Below are positions 59,900 to 64,000 of a stretch of DNA of 64,000 nt, in pieces. Below the pieces are notes generated by a model. The model worked only from the letters and a program-made list of their open reading frames with translations, was not told the DNA's origin and did no database searches. The first letter of the stretch is position 1; each line of letters opens with the position of its first letter. The stretch comes from the human T2T-CHM13v2.0 reference genome, Homo sapiens. The position numbers and the translations under genes were made by a program. The stretch is from NCBI RefSeq assembly GCF_009914755.1, contig NC_060933.1; one strand, written 5' to 3'.

Positions 59900-60390
59900 A
59901 AACTGGCATATGCTTAGTTCTTAAACCTCTCTCCAATCTCCTTCTCTTTCCCCATACTCAAACTAATCTTTTTTTTTCTGCTCCTTCAACAAACCAGCAC
60001 TTGTATTTACACATTAGATAAATTGCACCATTAACTTAAAAAACACAATTTCCAAGATTTTTACAAAACTGTGTCTTATAGTTTAAAGTATCTCAGCCTT
60101 TAAGTATCACTTGTTAGATAACATTTAGTTGCCAATCTTTTTATAATTGCTTTCTCTTACTCTACTCCGTAGCTTACAGTCCTTCCTGCCATATTTATCG
60201 TATTTGTATAACAGATCAAAATCTGTGGTTATCTATTTATTTACCTAATTTTCAGCTCTCTCCACTTATTATCATATAAGTTACAAACATTTCAGGTCAT
60301 ATCTTCGGTTTACCACACTATGCCAGTAGCTTAAATATCACATTACCCATACTAGCCACTCAAAAATATTTACTATGGAATTAATGGAAC
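59900..60390 (+). mobile_element. L2 3' fragment
   Basis: Ends catactagccactcaaaaatatttactatggaattaatg. Confidence 0.5.
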
Positions 60391-60434
60391 TCTAAATTTA
60401 ATCTGGTCTCCAAACTAAATATATGGCATAAGTA

Positions 60435-60931
60435 TCAATATAGGTTTCAGGTAGATAGGGTTTAGCTATAAGGAATACAGGGTGCAACTAAAAGCAGTTT
60501 TCACCGGCAAGATGTTTACTTACTTCTACAAAAGACAGGAGTACAAGCCAGGACAGGATAAGAAGAGCAGCCACACAGGGACGCTGAAGATTTGTTATAC
60601 ACATGCAGGGACATTAATAGCATTTCCTTAGAAAGAGGTATGCTATAAGATAGCATGATGCCTGTAGCACCCTGAGACATGATTGCTTATATTGCAGCCA
60701 AGAAAAATAGGAAAGGCTGAAGCAGCAAAGGGCAAAGGGGCAAAAGGCCAAAGCCATGCAGGCCAAGTTTGTGCTTTTTTAAAGGCTTTACCGGGAACCT
60801 ATCTTATGATATCCATTTCAATGTCACAAAATTCACATGGCCACACTAAGAAACATGGATATTTTACTTTCCAAATAAAAAACTAGGAAGAGAAGTTTAC
60901 ATTTGCATAGCCTATCAATAGTGTCTGCCAA
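60435..60931 (-). mobile_element. MLT1J-like MaLR LTR
   Basis: ggtttagcta...tcacatggccacacta...caatagtgtctgcca. Confidence 0.5.
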
Positions 60932-61009
60932 GATATTTCCATTTTTTAGTGTATCAGAAAATTGGGCACACATGACTAACATACTTTTTTCATTTTAAAT
61001 AGAAACAAA

Positions 61010-61090
61010 TGCGTGTGCATATATATATGTAAAATATACATATTTATATGTGTGAAAATATGTGTGCATGTATGTGTGTGTGTGTGTGTA
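61010..61090. repeat. Compound (TA)n/(TG)n microsatellite
   Basis: gtgtgcatatatatatgt...tatgtgtgtgtgtgtgtgt; a similar (TG)n tract lies at 7-42. Confidence 0.85.
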
Positions 61091-61185
61091 AAACCAATCA
61101 ACTTCTGCTGAAAAACTTCTGTAAAACTCATTTTTTTTTTTCCAGTATGTTTCCTCTGAAGACAATCTTCACATCTAGGGAATAT

Positions 61186-61408
61186 TAATGGTAATAATAA
61201 CAGCATTGATTTATTGAGAGTTTTCCTATGTAACAATTACTATACAAGTATGCCATTTAATCTATTTCTCTAGTTTCAATATTAATATTGGTACTTAATA
61301 AATGAGTAAACTGAAAATAATAAGTTTAAAATCTTTTTTCACAGCTAGTCAGCAATACAACTGGGATTTGATATCAGATTCATACGATTCCGAAGACCCT
61401 GACCACCA
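61186..61408 (-). mobile_element. MIR SINE
   Basis: aataataacagc...tttattgagagtt...aatgagtaaactga...cacagctagtcagc...ctgggatttga. Confidence 0.7.
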
Positions 61409-61691
61409 AATGCAAAAGGTACATGGCAACAGCTGATTGCAATGAGAGAAAAACAACTAATAAGGCAACAAGCAGGATACTAAGATATTTTCCAAAATGA
61501 ATAGCACTGATTCTGTGAGGAATGAACATTGCCAAACAAGTGTTTTGTTTTGTTTTTCAACTCCTCTAAAAAAATTCACATATATGCATGCCACTTTCCT
61601 GAAAAATATCTGCCTCATAATTGCCATAAGAAACGGTATGGACAACTCTTAAACATTCTGAAAGTAGTCAGGGATGGGGGAAAGCATTTGC

Positions 61692-62088
61692 TGTTTTAGT
61701 CTGTTCCTGGTCTTATAACAAATACCACAAACTGGGTAATTTATGATTACAGAAATGTATTTCTGAAAGTTCAGGAGTTGGGAAGTTCAAGATTATGGCA
61801 CCAACATATTCATTGTCTGATGAGGGCCTGTTTCATAGATGTCATTTTGCATGACTTAATCACATGGTAGGAAAAGCAAAGGGACAAAATGGACAAATGC
61901 CATGTTGTCACATGGCAGAAGAAATGGAAGAGCCAGGAAGCTCTCAGAAGCTTCCTTAATTAGGATATTAATCTCATTATGAGTGCACAGCCATCATGAC
62001 TTAATTGCCTCCAAAGGCCCCACTTCCTCATCACTTTGAGGATTAAACTTAAACATGAATTTGGAGGAAATATATTCAAACTCTAGGA
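61692..62088 (-). mobile_element. MSTD-like MaLR solo LTR
   Basis: tgttttagtctgtt...aaataccacaaactgggtaatttat...cacatggcagaagaaatggaagagccagg...ccaaaggccccac. Confidence 0.85.
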
Positions 62089-62895
62089 CTAGTTTAAATG
62101 TAGCTAAAAAGGTTTCTTCATTCTGTAATCGTTAATATGCTAATATTTTTGTAAATATCCAAGAGGAAGCTAAAGCATATAATATTCCAAAATTTATTTC
62201 TGTTTGTGGATATTATGTTTTCCTCTCATTCTATCTTAAGAAATTAGTGTCCTCAAGAAACACTATATAGGATAATTGTCTTTCAAGTTCATCAACTACC
62301 GGTTCTTGATTCTTCAGTAGCTAATCCTAGATAGTAATACTTAACAGATTATAAAAACTTGGGTGCTGCTATATAAATGCGCTGAAACTCCCAGGGAACC
62401 AAACATAAGGACTTAAAGAGAGATGTAACTAGGGATCATAATCATGAATTTCAGCTGCTTCTCTATCTTTGTCAGTGAGCAAATGACCATACAAAATAAG
62501 GTATTCAATTATTAATTCTGTGCCCATATCCCGGAATTTTGCCCAATATATTTGTAAGTTTAGATAAATAAGGCACTAATGCCAGGGATATGTAGCATTA
62601 GTTCTGGGTTTATAAAGGGATATTCACAACCTCTTGCCATCCACAGAATTTATCAGCCCAAAGTAAACTATACTCGTTAGTTAAGGGCAACCTGAGACAT
62701 GTTTAAAACTGAGGTGGACTGAAGAGTCAACTAATTGCGGGAATCTTTTATTTGGTTGAAATGTTCAAACAAGTCCCACTCTGAATTCTATTAGAAGTCC
62801 ATCATTGGCTTCTCTCTCTTTCTCACTGTCTTAAATCATGTATTTTATAACACTATGAAGAATGAAGTTCAAAAGAATAAGCTAAATTTAATTAA

Positions 62896-64000
62896 TTAAA
62901 TTATTTATTTATTTATTTTGAGACAGAGTCTCACTCTGTCACCCAGGCCAGAGTTCAGTTGCACGATCTTGGCTCAGTGCATCCTTCACCTCCTGGGCTC
63001 AAGAGATCCTCCTGAAGCAGGGTATTTCCCTGACCCCTTCATGGGACTCGTGACAGGGGTGCCCCATTTACTCAGCCCACTGCTCTCAACTCCTCAAGGG
63101 AGGGAGTGCGCAATTGAACAAGGCAGGAACTGGAGTACACGAGTGTTGGAACCAGTGGCCTCTTTGGTGCCAGAAGGAGTGAACTCACCCACTCTGACCT
63201 GCTGTGTTCCACCTCTTGCAGGAGAGAGCATGCAGGTGAGCAGGTACAGGAGCCAGGAAGAGAGCTTTGGGGTGTTGGCAGGAGCAAACTCCATGTGGGC
63301 CCCATAGCAGCCCCTGGGGTTAGGGGGGTGCCTGTGATTCCTGAAGCCCCTGTGGGCATATTACAGTGCTCCTTTAGCTCTGCCGTCTTCAGACAGCTGA
63401 AGTGTTAGCAGCTCAGCATGCCTTTTTGTATCCACACTCACTCCTGAGCTCTTGTTTGGCATCCAGGAAAAAATCAGCTCACAGAAACGAATTGAAGGAT
63501 GGTAAATGCAGAGGATTTTATTGCCAAGGAAAGTGGCTCTCAGCAGGAAGGGCAGCTGGGAAGGAGATGTAGCAGGAAGGTTTCTGGCTGGACTCTTCTC
63601 CAAAGTTGCACTGTCAAGCTGTCTCTCTGAAATCAAGCTGCTTCTCTCCAACGTCCAACCGTAGTCTCTGATGCCCAGCTGCTGCTTCTCTTTTGATGTT
63701 CAGCTGCTTCTCTTTTTTGCTAGCTGAGTCTGGGGTTTTTATGGGCACAGGATGGGGGACAGGGGAGGTCATGGGTAATTTTGTAAAAGGCAACATTTGA
63801 GTGGGAAAACAGGAATGTATGTTCTCACTTTGGGCTTTGGTTCCAGGCTTGAGGGTGGAGCCGTTGCCAGGGACCTGCCCTCTTTTGCCCAGAATTTCCC
63901 TGCCTCCCTTCCCTATCACTCCCACCCCATCACTCCCACCTCAACATCCTGAGTAGCTGGGATTATAGGCGCACACCACCGCATCTGATTAATATTTAAA
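62896..64000 (-). mobile_element. AluJ-type element split by an LTR (pieces 62896-63012 and 63919-64000)
   Basis: (ttta)n tail...cctgggctcaagagatcctcc | ctcccacctcaacatcctgagtagctgggattataggc. Confidence 0.88.
63013..63918 (-). mobile_element. ERV1 solo LTR, LTR27/LTR28-like (LTR1/MER52 group)
   Basis: TG...CA termini, TSD CTCC, ggtttttatgggcacaggatgggg (TATA region), gcccagaatttccctgcctcc. Confidence 0.8.

Noticed and set aside
62360-62400. TATA-box promoter (gctatataaatgcgc)
   Set aside because: Isolated motif in AT-rich DNA with no downstream gene evidence.

Overview
This is AT-rich, repeat-dominated primate genomic DNA, almost certainly human, because it carries an AluYa5 with all five diagnostic bases. 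I see no protein-coding exon, CpG island, intact RNA gene or CRISPR array, and no new gene system. The ORFs that can be identified are L1 ORF2 remnants, Alu or LTR read-throughs; the rest look like chance frames. The main elements are: a chimeric L1PA7/L1PA8-type 3' end, an AluYa5, a 2.45 kb 5'-truncated L1PA2/3, a 7.2 kb two-LTR non-coding ERV1 provirus (MER61-like) with three nested insertions, and a TSD-bounded near-full-length L1PB2. There are also many solo LTRs (THE1, MST, MLT1, MLT2A, MER4D, MER57, MER77, LTR16, LTR54-like, LTR27/28-like), DNA transposon MITEs (MER2, MER96, MER1B), and old L1M, L2 and MIR fragments. The points of interest are small structural ones: the L1 chimera joined at a microhomology, several fold-back or templated-insertion scars, a tRNA-Glu-like segment inside the ERV, and nested insertions that can be ordered in time. 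Family names come from my recall of consensus sequences, not from a RepeatMasker run, so subfamily labels and the boundaries of old repeats are approximate.
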